Below, piece by piece: positions 1 to 13,031 of a stretch of DNA of 64,000 bases. The stretch is from the NCBI GenBank assembly GCA_043228905.1, contig JBHGNT010000002.1, positions 27,094,001 to 27,158,000 on the forward strand, in the 5' to 3' direction. The translations under genes were made by a program, and so were the position numbers. The notes under the pieces are model-generated. The model saw nothing but the letters and a program-made list of their open reading frames with translations. It made no database searches and was not told the origin of the DNA. Positions within the stretch are counted from its first letter, which is position 1. Each line of letters starts with the position of its first letter. Source of the DNA: Azolla caroliniana. Its lineage: Eukaryota; Plantae; Polypodiophyta.

Positions 1-959
1 ATCCACTACTCGACGATGGCAGGAATTCAAATGGGGAAAGATACACGGGGCAAGGGCAATAAAGAGGTTGAGTTCTGGCCATCTATCCTTGGGAGTCTTA
101 CAAAGGGAAATCTTCGAAAGGACGAACCTAAGGAGGTCAAAAGAGGGTCCAAGCAGCGACTAGGTGGAAAGACCTAATGGAAGAGAATACGGGCTTGGTA
201 GAAGCCATCTACCAAAACTATGAGGTTCTGATTGAAGAAAAGAAGGTGAGGAAGGATGAGAGAGGGTAAAGGAGAAAGGTGGACCAACCTTCAAGCTCTA
301 CTCCAAGATAGAGAAAAAGGCTGACCTCATGCGAGTGATGAAGGAGAGGATCCTCAACAATTCCATAGAGTCCATAGAGGATCCTCAACAAAGATACGAA
401 ATGCGGTGCCACTGGGGCAGCAGTGTTTGACTACAATCTCAAGGAGATGGAGAGAGTCATTGCAATGAACCTTGACGAGAATAAGGTGATTCCGGTCAAC
501 TCGGTTCTTGTTGCTCAAATGAGGGGAAAAGACAAGAAAGGGACGATCTTGAAGAGGAGGATGCAAACAACTGTGTGGAAAGCTTCGACAACAAAAGGCG
601 CAACAATCGTTGCTCATCAGCTCCCTACAGAAACCCAAGAGTCCTTTCTCCTAGTTTGCTCCTATTTCCTAGCAACTATTTCTTCGTAATCACCCTTGTA
701 TTCGCCATTTTACACTCATTGTGAACCCTGTTTTGAAAAGGGGGATATTTTGTAAACAAATTAGTGGGTGTTGTTTTGATCCAAGAGTTTGGGTGAAAGA
801 CAATGAGGGAGGTCGGTTCCCAACATTGACAACTAAGGTTTCCTTGAACCACAATTCCTCAAACCGTGATTCCTCAAACCAATAATTTTCTTGAAAGAGG
901 ATAATTCTCAAAAAGGAAAGGGGGATTAGACGAGGACTATCCATGGAGGGTTTCTAAGT

Positions 960-2430
960 TCTCTCTCATTGCATCACATCCACGGTAGATATTATTGTTA
1001 CATTAAGAGTAATTGCAGAAGAAAGTCAACTACAAGGAAAGACACTCTATTATTGCTTTGTTTGCCAACTAAAAACTGAGAATGGTTTCTCAAAATACTT
1101 TTTAAGTAATATGGGGGTTAAGCAAGATGTCCATTATCACCTACACTCTTTGGTTTAGGCATAGATAAATTGGAAGAAGTGGTGAATAGGGTTGCAAGAG
1201 AAGAAGGATTAGATGCCTCAAAACTTATGCAACAAGTTATCTTATTGTTTTTATATGTGGATGGTGTAACTATCTTTTCATACAATGTTGATGGTATGCA
1301 ACGTTTACTTGAAGCATTTGAAACATTTTGCCAAAGTAGCGGACTGATTGTAAATGTGAAAAAAACAAAAATGATGGCAATGTGAACCATCCAGCCTCCC
1401 CAATACCCTATGCTTACATATAAGGGAGAACATGTACAATTTGTACAAAGCTTTAAGTATTTTGGTATCGATGTACCTGCCACAAATAAATGGAGCGTAT
1501 GCTTTGAGTCTAGATTTCAAGCTGATTGGAAATGTTATTATATGTTGGAAAATAAATGCAACCAAAGTGATACTCGTGGATGGGAAGTAAAACTAATGTT
1601 ATTTACTGCCATGGTAGCACATGTTTTGCTTTATGGAGTAGGAGTGTGGGGAGGCAATATCTCTCTTAATGCATGGAATGAGATTGAGAAGATTCAAAAG
1701 ATGTTTTTAAGGAGACAATTGGGAGTTAAATCCACCACCTCCTATCAAGTTATGCTCTTGGAAACAGGTGTTCAACCTATAGAGATATTGGCGCTACATA
1801 TACAAATACTTACAAAAGTCAAGAATATGCCAAATATAGATTACCACATCTTGCTTGGAATGTTGGATGTAAACTACAAAAGAATCACAAGAGCAAAATT
1901 CTCTCGTCCGGTTGGGTAGTTGACACAAAAAAATGGTTCAAACGATGGGATGTGGAAGATCTCCTAAAGCTTTCAACTGATGCTATGAAATATGTAGTTA
2001 CTAACAAAAGGTTAATGGGACCACTGAGGAATAAGTGGAAAGATGATAATAGGACAATTAGAATATTACATTGTCGACATCAATCCTGAATGTTGGATTC
2101 TATATAAGGCAAGAAGGCCTATTGATCATATTCAACCTGACCTCATTATTAACATGAGTATGAACTCTCGTAGACCCCTAAAACTCCTTTGCACTTGATC
2201 ACACAACCTAGGTATTGAAGTTGCATTATGGAATCAAGTTCAGCCAAATATAAAGGTATGCAAGGAAGGGCTAGTAGAGGATGAGTATCACTTGCTTTTT
2301 ACATGCTCTACATATAGTGCAATCGTGAAAGCTACGATGATATATTAAGAGGTGGTGATGACTTAAGTGTCACACTAAAGAGAAAACCTAGAAGGTTGAG
2401 CTCATATGTGTATGCCTTATTCACACATCG
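960..2430 (+). mobile_element. Degenerate non-LTR retrotransposon (RTE-like LINE) ORF2 fragment: RT to C-terminal CCHC
   Basis: Frameshifted translations give STVDIIVTLRVIAEE..GKTLYYCF, MGVKQ.CPLSPTLFGLGIDKLEE, a degenerate YADD (LFLYVDGV), NVKKTKMM, FKYFGI, LLYGVGVWG and a C-terminal C..EDEYHLLFTC. Multiple stops and frameshifts. Confidence 0.85.
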
Positions 2431-3229
2431 AGACTTGGTGCTTCAAAGTATGAATATCCCTTCATAGGAAGGAGACATACATTCCATGGGTCAATATTGG
2501 CCTCTTTATGGACACTAAAATGATCTATCCGCCATGGTCCAAGTCCCGATAGAGTAGCACAAGCACGTGCATTTATGCAGCACAAATTGACAATGCAATA
2601 CCTATGACTTGGAAGACTTCGAGATGATGCACCCAATATTTTTAGAGAAATTAGGAACATATAGGAGCTCAGCTAACTCAAGACCATAAAACACAAGTTA
2701 TAGATACATCAATTAAGGCAGGGTTTGGATAATACCTAGTTATCTACAATAAGATGAATTCATAACCAATTAATTGCACAACAGAAGCTGTAATGATCGA
2801 GATCATGGACACTCTGGTCACTAATATTTCAATGTCCTGATCTGGTTATTGAAGAACTGCCATCTTTTTACTCTTCTACGAATTTTAATCTCAGCCAGCA
2901 TTTTTTGGATCATTGCTTGCACAAGCATGATCATCCAGCATAGGGTAACTTCTTCAACATCAAACAATGGTTCCACTCATCAGTCTTTGGAATTGTATCG
3001 TCATCCTCCAATCAAGACAATTTAGGAGGCAATAATCGATATGCAGTTTGTTCCCACCTAAGCTACTTTTGGATGTAATCCCACATTCTGACTTCCCATA
3101 TTGGTTATCACAATTTGTCTAATAGGTCGATTTTGGCCTCTGGTAAACATTAATATACGTTTCTTTCTTTCTCTCTTTCGATGAAGAATATTGAATGCAT
3201 GACCTTCAGGTCTCAGCCAGACATCCATA

Positions 3230-4987
3230 CTAACTGAACAACACATCTCTAGTCACCATCAGTCTCTGTTTAGGGTTATACCAGTGGTAAGACATGAATT
3301 TTTCCAGTGTACCTGAGTTCAAATGTTGCTAACAAAAACACGTTGCTAGATACAATTGCTGAATGTAGGATTGAATGAATATCTTTCTAGACTATGCCCA
3401 ACAAACTTACTAACTGAGCTATATCCATTGGATCATTTATATGGTCCAAACGTCATCACCTCTCTCTCTTTTCTTTTCATAACCATCTCTCCCTATAACC
3501 AGTGCACAAGGTAATGCAATATGAAGAGCAACAGTTCTTAGGACTGTTCTCACTAGAACTCGAGAGACATAGAGAGAAATTGTTAGAGAGCAACAATTCA
3601 TCAACAAAGCACTATCCCACCTTTCTTTCTCATCATCACTCCTAATGCTACAAGTCAATCAAGGACTATACAAGTAGGGTCTCAACCACAACACTCAAAA
3701 GGGTATACTTCTGTCATAGCTCCCACCAGTCTATGCTAATTAGGAGAATTACAACGATTGTTGTATTCTTCCAACCACCATAAAAATTCGACTCCCAGAT
3801 AAAGCATGCTTCTACAAACTACCTTTATCCAATTGCCATAAAAGCTTGAATTCCGACATAATATTTTTGCATTCTGTTGGACTAGATAATGTATTCAGGA
3901 TATAATTAAACTTAACTCTTTGACAGTGCAAGCACAATTGACATCTAGCTTTTGAGGTCAATAACACATAGGTACATGTGACTGAAGAACTTTCTACCAC
4001 ATATATCCACTAACATCAATATATCAATACACATATCCATGTATTCATTGGTTATTATGTTCAATCTACGAGATAAATGTGAGAAATCATTGAGACAGCA
4101 CATTATTCACACATCAAGATTTCATCTACAGTAAGATTATGTTCAAACCTCAAGTTCATGAGGGTGGCCAATCTCTCTTTACTTCTCTCTAACTCTGATT
4201 TGCGTTTATCAAGAGCATAATGCAGACTCTTCTCTTCAGCTTGAGACTTCGTAAGTTCTTTTTCTATAGCCAAAATATTTTCATGCATCAAAACTATGCC
4301 ATTTTTCAAGAACACCTCCACTTCATCAACATCTATATGCATGCTTGTCATGGTGAACCCTCCATCCTAAACAATGTAATGTGATTCCACAATCAATCTA
4401 CAATCGAGTTCTAAGAAATAATTTGAAATTTTCATCAGAGTTTTATAGATTACCAAAAAGTCTCAGAAAAAATATTCATTGGCACGATAGTAACCATGTT
4501 CCCAAGTAAAGAATAACCTAGAACATAAGATTACTAAAATACATGTCGCTTCTGGGAAGCTTTTTCGTAAGTTTCTTTAAGTACCATGGAAGCTTACATA
4601 CCATGGTTCGTATAGGACCATTACATGCTTATCTAGTAGCAATATTTTATTTTTCAAGCTTCTACACCCAATTTCTAAGATCTCCCTTCCATTTTGTCGA
4701 GCTTTTGCTTAAAGAATTTTAAATTTGCAAGTAGCTTGGAATTATAATTTGAGGCATGGCAACTTGATCAAGTGCCAGCCGGATTGGATAGATGGTAATA
4801 AGGTGGAAATTTCCTGAATGGGTGAAATATGATGAAGCTTTTCGTAACATGTATGATACGAAAAATGGCATTTGTTGATAAAATAAAAATATGACGAATG
4901 TACCTTAATGGCTCGTTCCTCCACTAGCATGTCACAGAGAATGGAACCACTTTTGATCACATCCGACGCAAGCATTCTCGCTGTCAT
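3230..4987 (-). CDS. Clusterin-associated protein 1 (CLUAP1/IFT38)-like, C-terminal coiled-coil portion only; ~147 aa, or a pseudogene
   Basis: Exons 4904-4989 (..MTARMLASDVIKSGSILCDMLVEERAIK) and 4149-4366 (..IDVDEVE..EEKSLHYALDKRKSELERSKERLATLMNL) resemble CLUAP1 ARQLASEITSKGASLYDLL and [25 protein letters not shown]. Tentative phase-compatible exons 3823-3881 and 3230-3312 (..TLEKF..) have GT-AG ends. Confidence 0.6.
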
Positions 4988-5204
4988 ATCTGTAAAATCA
5001 CAACAATCTACCCAAGAAAACCGCAATAAGGAATAAGAGCTCCAGTGTTACTTTACATGTGCCTGGAAACGAAAGGAGGAATTCAAGGAACTTATGATTG
5101 TATATCTAGCCACTGCAAACCCTAAACGGCGAAGGAGATGAACACAGAGCCATAAGATTGAGTCACTGGAACGAATTGAGGACATGGTTGCTTGAATAGC
5201 ACGA

Positions 5205-5700
5205 TATGATCTAGAGGGGGAGGGAGGGTTGAATTAATTGACAATATAACTGTTCAAATAGCACATATAACTAATTGCATTTTTGGACATTTGGGGAAGC
5301 AATTGAAAGTTGAAACTAATGGACTCGCTTGGAGAGATAAAGCAAAACTTTCATTGAGTTTTTTCTCATGAACAAGAATGAGCAAAGCACACATAAAAAT
5401 GATCCAAGTATTCTTCTTTGGATCGAAGCGGAATATTTGTAGGTAGTGGAATGAATGGAAAGTAAAGTCGAATGTAGCCATCGTGCTAGAGACACAAATC
5501 TTCGTAGCCTTACAACTTATGGAGACACAAATCCCTATTGCAAATCGCACTCAACAGTACACCTTGGGGCTCTAAGAGGAATATTTGTAGGTAGTGGAAT
5601 GAATGGAAAGTAAAGTCGAATTTAGTCCAATGTAACACATCGTATCAAAGTGTGTTACTTTGACCCTCAAACTAGTTTGAGGCGAAATATGCATAGTCGA
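5205..5700. mobile_element. LTR-like remnant with a 44-bp direct repeat
   Basis: Starts with ctagagggggagggagggttgaatta, similar to Copia/SIRE LTR ends. The sequence ggaatatttgtaggtagtggaatgaatggaaagtaaagtcgaat occurs at 5430-5473 and 5578-5621. Confidence 0.4.
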
Positions 5701-6778
5701 TGATGAGTCTCCTCACGTATGGCCCAATGCTTTTTCTTGAGTATGACTAAATTGTATGAAAGCGATGCTTTAGATATATGGGCACTAGTATGTACATGTT
5801 AATGGTTTCCATGTTTGGCAAAGAAACACATGTGAAATAATAATACGTGAAACATGAGCCTCCACATATTTCCCAAAACATGATGCAATGACATTGCAAA
5901 AAAGCCTCTTTCATGTATTAACCTATTGATGCATCATGAATCAAATGCGATGCATCCCATTTTCCAAACCATTTCTTCATATCTTTTGCATCCACTTTGA
6001 ACCCAACGAATTTCTTTCGTTTTTATTTTATAACATTATATTTCTTTCCTATGAAAATTTGTAATCCGAGAGAGATTTTTTTTTTTTTTAGCGTCAATAG
6101 AAAGATTAATATTGCAGTGTGCATGTGTTCCTTTGTGCCACCCTTTTAGCATACCCTTTTTAGGATGCATGTACATAAGTCGACCCACCCTTTTAGCACA
6201 CCCTTTTTAGCTAAGCCAACCCAAATGGGTACCTTTGTATGAACTATAAATTGAGTAAGAAGAAAGAAGTTAACTAGGCTGGTTTTGATCTCTTATGTGC
6301 ATTTCACAATATTGACCCATGGGACCTAAGTACAAAAGTTATCTCGATGTGTGTCTCCTTCCTAAGAAGTGATATTCATAGTTTGAACACCAAGTCTTCT
6401 TGCCTTATATATATGAATAGAGAGACAAAGAGAGTCAAAATATCCAAAGATTCTCCATGCTCATTAAATCTCCATGTGATCACGCATTAGACCCTACATA
6501 ATCATAGTAGTGGAGAGATGGCATCGAGATTAGACCCTAGGAGTGGTGATAGGGTAGAGAAAGAGATGGATGTCATGTAATGAGTGTCGCATGAATGGAG
6601 ACCACCCGACCCAAACCCAAACCCAGCCAAAGAGTGGCCATGCGTTGGTTGGGATCCCAAGTGTGTGGCCTCGCCTTAAGATCTGAAAGAAAAACAAATA
6701 TTTACATTATTTATCGTCCTCTTTTCTATTACCTGTTTCAGAATTTGAAAAACAATGCATTATCAACAGTCGCGTCTT

Positions 6779-6904
6779 CTTCTTCTTCTTCTTCTTCTTC
6801 TTCTGCTTTCTTCTCGCTTTGTTGCACGTGGACAGAGGCAGGCACAGAACCAAGGTTTCCATTGAAGCTTGATCGTGGACAGAGAGAGGAGAAGACAACA
6901 CGTG
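6779..6904 (+). promoter_or_regulatory. (TTC)n tract and two G-boxes upstream of the orphan ORF
   Basis: CACGTG at 6825-6830 and 6899-6904; pyrimidine trinucleotide repeat typical of plant 5' regions. Confidence 0.35.
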
Positions 6905-6911
6905 CCCCGTT

Positions 6912-7739
6912 ATGGCTGTCGCTCCCTCCCAACCAAACCCTAACCCTAGCCCTAACCTTAACACAAGCCCTATCGCCAACCCTAACCCTAACCCTACTAA
7001 GAACCTTAAAACCATAGACCGAACTTCACCGAACCCGCTCTCGGAGATTCGAGGCCGAAAGATGACGATTGGCGCGAACAATTGTCCGGCCGAACTTCGC
7101 CGTGCGGCCTCAAGCCCCTACCATGTCATTCAAAAGTACACGAAATCCTACTACGCAACGAAAGTGTATTGGTGCAAGATCTACGAAGTCGAGTATTCTC
7201 TAATAAGAAACCCCATGACCACCTTTTTGTTGCCATGTAAGGCATCGTTAGAATGTGTTAAAGAAGAATGTATAGAAGGGACGTCTAGGAAAGCATTTGT
7301 AGCAGCCACTGGGGATGAGATAGGAATGTATGGCGAGGGTTCGAGTCCCGAAGAGGCGGCTTGTGAGCTTCAAGTCCGCCTCTCCGATCGCATCTTGGCC
7401 ATGCTAGAAGAGAAACAAAGCCATTGCTTGCCTAGTAAGAGGAAATACCAAGATGTGCTTCTTAAGGATTTTGAGGAAGAAATGATGAGTCATAATGTCA
7501 AGATATTGTCGCCCCCTAAGCATGTACCTATCCGAGTAGCATTCGGTATGACTCTCAACAAACCTCAAGAAAATATTGCCATTGGACTTGACTCGAACCA
7601 TGACCCTAACCCAAATCCTGACATAGAGACTAGCCCTCCTACCCCTAACTCTACTACAAACCTTGAAACATTACTTGATCCCACCCCTGAAATTACCCTT
7701 GACCCAAACATTGGTTCAACTGAGCCGCCCAATCCTTAA
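6912..7739 (+). CDS. Intronless hypothetical protein with a HicB-antitoxin-like core flanked by Pro/Asn-rich low-complexity tails
   Basis: Uninterrupted 275-aa ORF with a CpG-rich 5' end, an upstream (TTC)n tract and two CACGTG motifs. The core AFVAATGDEIGMYGEGSSPEEAACELQVRLSDRILAMLEEKQSHCLPS matches the HicB pattern yva..pdlpG....GdT.eEA..nl.eal...l....e.g..iP. A possible internal start is at 7215. Confidence 0.6.
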   Translation: MAVAPSQPNPNPSPNLNTSPIANPNPNPTKNLKTIDRTSPNPLSEIRGRKMTIGANNCPAELRRAASSPYHVIQKYTKSYYATKVYWCKIYEVEYSLIRNPMTTFLLPCKASLECVKEECIEGTSRKAFVAATGDEIGMYGEGSSPEEAACELQVRLSDRILAMLEEKQSHCLPSKRKYQDVLLKDFEEEMMSHNVKILSPPKHVPIRVAFGMTLNKPQENIAIGLDSNHDPNPNPDIETSPPTPNSTTNLETLLDPTPEITLDPNIGSTEPPNP

Positions 7740-9399
7740 GCATAACTTGGTATACTTAACACTAAGTAGAGTTTGCTTACTTTTACACTTGTGTAAAAAT
7801 ATAGACCCTTAGCATTTGTTCTCATTGTGTTTGCTACATATTGAGGCTTGATATTTTGACCCTACAACTTGAGAGATGGTGGTTCCAACTTCCATCCCTT
7901 TCTAATAATTCTCTCTTAGCGTTTAACCATGTTTGTTGCTATATCAAATCTTGTTGTTTCGTGAATTGAGCAACCATAAAGGCTGAAGTCAAGAGAAGCC
8001 ATTATGTTATCAGCTTCCTTGACATTTGATCATTCTTGATGTAGATTGATGTCCTTATATGAAGCTTCAACATATTTAGTCGGGCATAAAAGGATTGCTT
8101 GCTTACTTATAAGGTCTACAAATGATTTGCCTCATGCATCACAATATGCTCATGGACATGCCATGTATCATCACGATTCACAATATCCACCATTGTTACC
8201 GTCTTTATGCTGTGATGTTGGTCCATATTGTTAGCGTATAATTATTTGAGTTTATACATTTTGACAATAATATATAAGAACATTACTTATTTTCAATATA
8301 CCTCAAATTGTAATGACACATTACAACTATATACAACATTGTCTAATATTTCTTGAAAAGGACGAGACTTTGTCGAGTTTCTATTGACTTTGTGAAATAT
8401 AAAACTTGTATTGTCTGCTAACTTCATCTTGTTTGCATTTGGTAACCTTGATTAGTTCCATCCAAGTAGGTTTAGATTTTCGCAAATTATGATATTATGC
8501 TTCACCATTAACAAATAGGGTATTTTACACAATTAGATACATCCTCGATGCTTTAAAGCATACATATTCTACAACACATCCTACTTGTGATTTTGAGATT
8601 CATAATTTGTAGTGTCTACACTTAAAAGGCAACATTTTCACCTTCTGTTTTGGCATGAAATATGTTGCCAAGTTTATGATTTTCATGTTTTAAATATATC
8701 TTATTGTTGCTCAAGCTCAAATGCATGTCACTATATTTCGAAAGCTTTATATGTACACATTGGCAATGACGGTTAAAGAGCTCTATCGATCATTGTTTTA
8801 GTATAGCCTAGGGTTTTGCTTTCTTGGAATTTGTCAAATTTGGTATGCATGGTGAACGTCAACTTCATGCATTGGTTAACATTTCATATCTATTTGATTG
8901 CTTACCATATGATCTCTGCACATCCAATGTTAAACTTATTTTAGCTACTAAATCGATCATGTCAATGAAATCATTATAAACCATTGCACTATCTAATCCT
9001 TTTTATGGTATTGACAAATTGTTTCTAAGCAATGAAGATAGTGACAATAATTTTTTTATAGATTTATCTTGGGAGATACAATATTGGTTTTGATGAGCAT
9101 GAGAATATAGGCCAAGAAAGAATAATGGATCTTAAAATAGCGGAATGAAACAAGAAAGGGCATAATGGAGTACATGTGTCATTAATGAGGTGATATGTGA
9201 CACGTTAGTGGGGAAATCAGAGAAGCACACAAACCAAAAACTAGTAGACAATGTTTGAATCACGTTTCATCAACCAAATTGACGATTGAATGACCGTCAC
9301 CTTGCAAGTTGCAAAACTATAGAACATGTGTGTGTTTGATTGACCAAAATTGGATGTAAGTTTTTAGCACAAATCAATGAGAAATAACAAAAAAAACAA

Positions 9400-10000
9400 T
9401 TCGGGTATGATGAATCAATAAATTGGAGATTAATGGAATCCGGACAAACCATGTGTCCTAATCATGAACAATAAAAAGACATTAGTGGGTCTTGAAGCCA
9501 AGACTTGGAAGCTTAAAGCAATGATTTGGAATGAAAATTCCCAATAATTGTCAAAAAGTGGGTACAACACAATGAATGGCATACATTAGATTTTTTACGA
9601 CTTTGTTATAACAAAATCAAGTAAGGTAGTGAAAGCCAAAGTAACAAGCTCACAAAAGGTGAATTACATCTCGATATTGAAACTCAAAGTCATGGAAAGC
9701 TGATCATGTCATTGTTGAAAGACATTTGCTAGTGTCAAAGTCACATGAGAAGTATATCTATTGTGAATCCACGAAAAAAGCAAATGATATATCCTAGAAT
9801 ATAGAAATTTGGGCATTTAACTTATTTGGGTGAGGTGTTAATATTGATGAGAAACTTGCTTGATTACAATAAGCTCTTTTAGATTGTAATATGCTTAGTG
9901 CATAAAATACTTGTCATTAGATAGGATCCCTTTCTATATGAAATAGGATTGCATATGCATTGCTTAGATATGTGGCACTATGCATAGGATTATTATGCTA
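9400..10000 (+). mobile_element. Highly degenerate LTR-retrotransposon (Copia gag-like) remnant
   Basis: Fragmentary, stop-riddled gag-like peptides and no open ORF. Weak recognition only. Confidence 0.25.
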
Positions 10001-10910
10001 TAACATTTTGAATACAAAAGACAAGATAATATATTTTTGAACAATGACTATGATTGAGTAGATTCTCGAGTTTGGTCGAATGGGTGTTCAATTTGACTCA
10101 CAATTGATAATTCTTGATACTATTTTCCTAGTTTCACCTTAGAACTCCAACTACTTGATAGCATGCAAGCTACATATGTGCGTGCACACACACACAAATG
10201 AGACAATTGATAACTCAAAAACATCCAAACATCCCTTTTGTATTGTGGAGTTATAGGCAAGCACGACTCGCCAATGTGCATTGCTTCTATGGAGTCATGG
10301 ACCCCACGAGGAAACCCATAAGCTAACAATATGATGCACACGTTTAAAAGTAAATACTGCAACAATTTGTCGACAAGAATAATGAAAAGTTGAACTCATA
10401 AATTCAAAGCTAAAGAATTAACTCATCGAGAAAAATGTTTTGTGCATAGAAATATTTCCAAAATTGTTAATAAAGAGATCGTTTAGATAAGCACCACTAA
10501 AGAATTAATTGTTAAAAAATAGTCACATGCATGTGAGATTGATGCCACAATTAACATTATCATCACAAACAAACTTAGAACATACATATTTAGTTAGAGA
10601 AAGCACACTATCAAGATTCCGTTGTATGAAAAAACTATTTTTTCAAAGACCGCTAAATAGAGGCTACCTCCCTCCGTTTGAAACAACTACAAAGAAGTCC
10701 ATTTTCAACTCAAAAAACGACTTACACACATCAAATAACCTAAAACTACCCTTACCACCATCATATTTAAGCTTGGATATTCTAGAAATACCCCTAAGCT
10801 AGGTATCCATAAACTTTTAAACAATTTACATAACGACCTCCTCTTAAACCCCGAGTTAGCTAACCTATCTAGACCCTTCGTTTGTTGGACCAAATCCAAG
10901 TCCATTCGTA

Positions 10911-11125
10911 CACTCTTAGTCAATAGTAAATTCACTAGATCCCCTTCAAATCTCCCTTTTTCATAATATATCCCCTCTTGAACACCTTTCCATCATGCTT
11001 AATTACTCCTCTCTCCCCCTTCCACACTCCTAGTCAATAGTAATTTCACTAGATCCCCCCAAAATCCACTTTATATAATATATCCTCTCTTAATACCCTT
11101 TCCATCATGCTTAACTACCCCTTGT
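10911..11125. repeat. Imperfect tandem duplication (~114-bp unit)
   Basis: cactc.tagtcaatagtaa.ttcactagatcccc...tttccatcatgcttaa occurs twice. Confidence 0.75.
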
Positions 11126-13031
11126 CTCTCGAGTCCCCTTCTTACATCCATCATATTTAATTGACCTTTTGCACTAATGAGTTCATATGGGGCGAAACTA
11201 ATTTGCATATTGTCTTTTTTCTTAATGAAAATATCTTAAGTTGTTTTCTCACTCTCTCTACTCTAACTCTCATCTACATTGTTAGAGTACTCGTAATCTT
11301 TTCATCTCTTTTTCTCCCCTCTTACATCATCTACATTGTTGTGTTAAGCGGCTCGCACTCATTGTAACGACCCAATGGTCAACATAAGGATGCATGTTAA
11401 GCATCACATGTGGTTTTCAATAAATTGTAAAAGAATGATTGCCAAATTCCGTTGCAACTCGAATGTTATTTCATAGTGTGCACCTATTAAAAATAAATAC
11501 ATATTCTATTAGATGTCATGACCTTAGTTGAGATCAAAGTTCATAGGGTTATGATTTTGTAATTATATTCTATAATAGGTCATAACCCTAGTTGTGATCA
11601 AAACTCATAAGATCATAAACATATACTTTTATGTACAAGAGCCTTGGTAAAGTGGTCCCTTGTAAACAAGCTTTATTTTGCGTCATAAGGATTTAATGAA
11701 TATGAGGAACGATTGATTCTATTCAACATTTCACCTATGACTAGCAACCACACCCTTTTATTATTAGATACTTTTGTATCACCTCCTTTTTCACAATGAT
11801 TGATTAAACATTTATTGATGTTATTTTTTTGCAACACTATGATTACTCCTGGAGGGAGTCGCATTGGGATGTCAATACGCCACACCTACAAAATGGAACA
11901 CAAATAGACAACAAAATCAAGTTTAGTTGCAAGTTCCAGACATGTACACAAACCAACGAGACCTTGTCGGTAGAAGAGGAAGTGGGACACGCATAAATGT
12001 TCTATTTACACCATAATCTTATAAATGACCATGTGATGTATGAGTCAATTGAACCACTTCAATGTTTGTAACTAATTGAAAGACCGTGAATTTGCATCAT
12101 GACACTTTTTGTGTTAGGTGTTGATTTCTCATGACCGTTTTACGAATACCACCAAGTGAGACAATGTTACCATCATATATTGGACTTGGGGGGGGGGGGG
12201 GGGGTTGTATGTGGCCCGAATAGACTCGAGTTTAACGAGGCCATGCCACAAGCCAACGTAGAAAGATTAAACATTTAAATGGGTCCGGATACCATGGAGT
12301 TTGAGTTGGGCTATACATACATATATCATATATGGTAATCACACACACATACACACTCATATATGTACACACATACACACACATAGACACACACTTATAA
12401 ATACACACACACACACACACACAGAGGAGTGAATTGAACATTAAGTAAGACAAGACCTCTTCCTCTGCCCCCAATCATTTGTTGCCAAGACTATTGAAGG
12501 CTATTATATGTATGTATTTGATCTCTCTCTCTCTCTCTCATTTTGTCACACACACACATTTACATGTGAGAATTGCAGGTAAATCCCTGTCTTTCCCTCT
12601 GTCCCTGCCTCTCTATCTATTGATACAAGTTACAAGTTACAACTACCACTACCACAACACCTTATGTATGCTTTCTGGGATTTTGTACTCGTGAAGAAGG
12701 CTTTACATTTGCATGTAAATTTTTTTTGACGTTGTCTATAAACATTAAATTTCATTTTTCCCCATCAGATTAGGGTTTGTGTGTGTCTTTCGTATACATA
12801 TATGTACATCTTTATTATTTTCCTGGTCCTTGGTACCTTATGTTTTCTTGTTGGGGTTTCTCTTGTTCTTTCTGCCAATGAAGTAGAATTCTGGGGCATT
12901 ATATGGATATATATGCGTGTCTCCATGTGTAACATACACATGATGATACTTTTATTGGAAAAATGAGGAAAAACTTTGATGATATGTTTTGTTTTTTCCA
13001 GGTTAGGATATTATAACCCTAACTGAAGATT

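Noticed and set aside
1-950. Short ORFs at the window start
   Set aside because: Fragmented and probably retroelement debris, but there is no diagnostic motif to call them.
6933-6995. (CCCTAA)n telomere-like repeats
   Set aside because: Short and degenerate, and they encode the PNPNP tail of the ORF. Not an interstitial telomere array.
6595-7081. Overlapping ORFs of 140, 124 and 64 aa
   Set aside because: By-products of the (TTC)n and (CCCTAA)n repeats in alternative frames.
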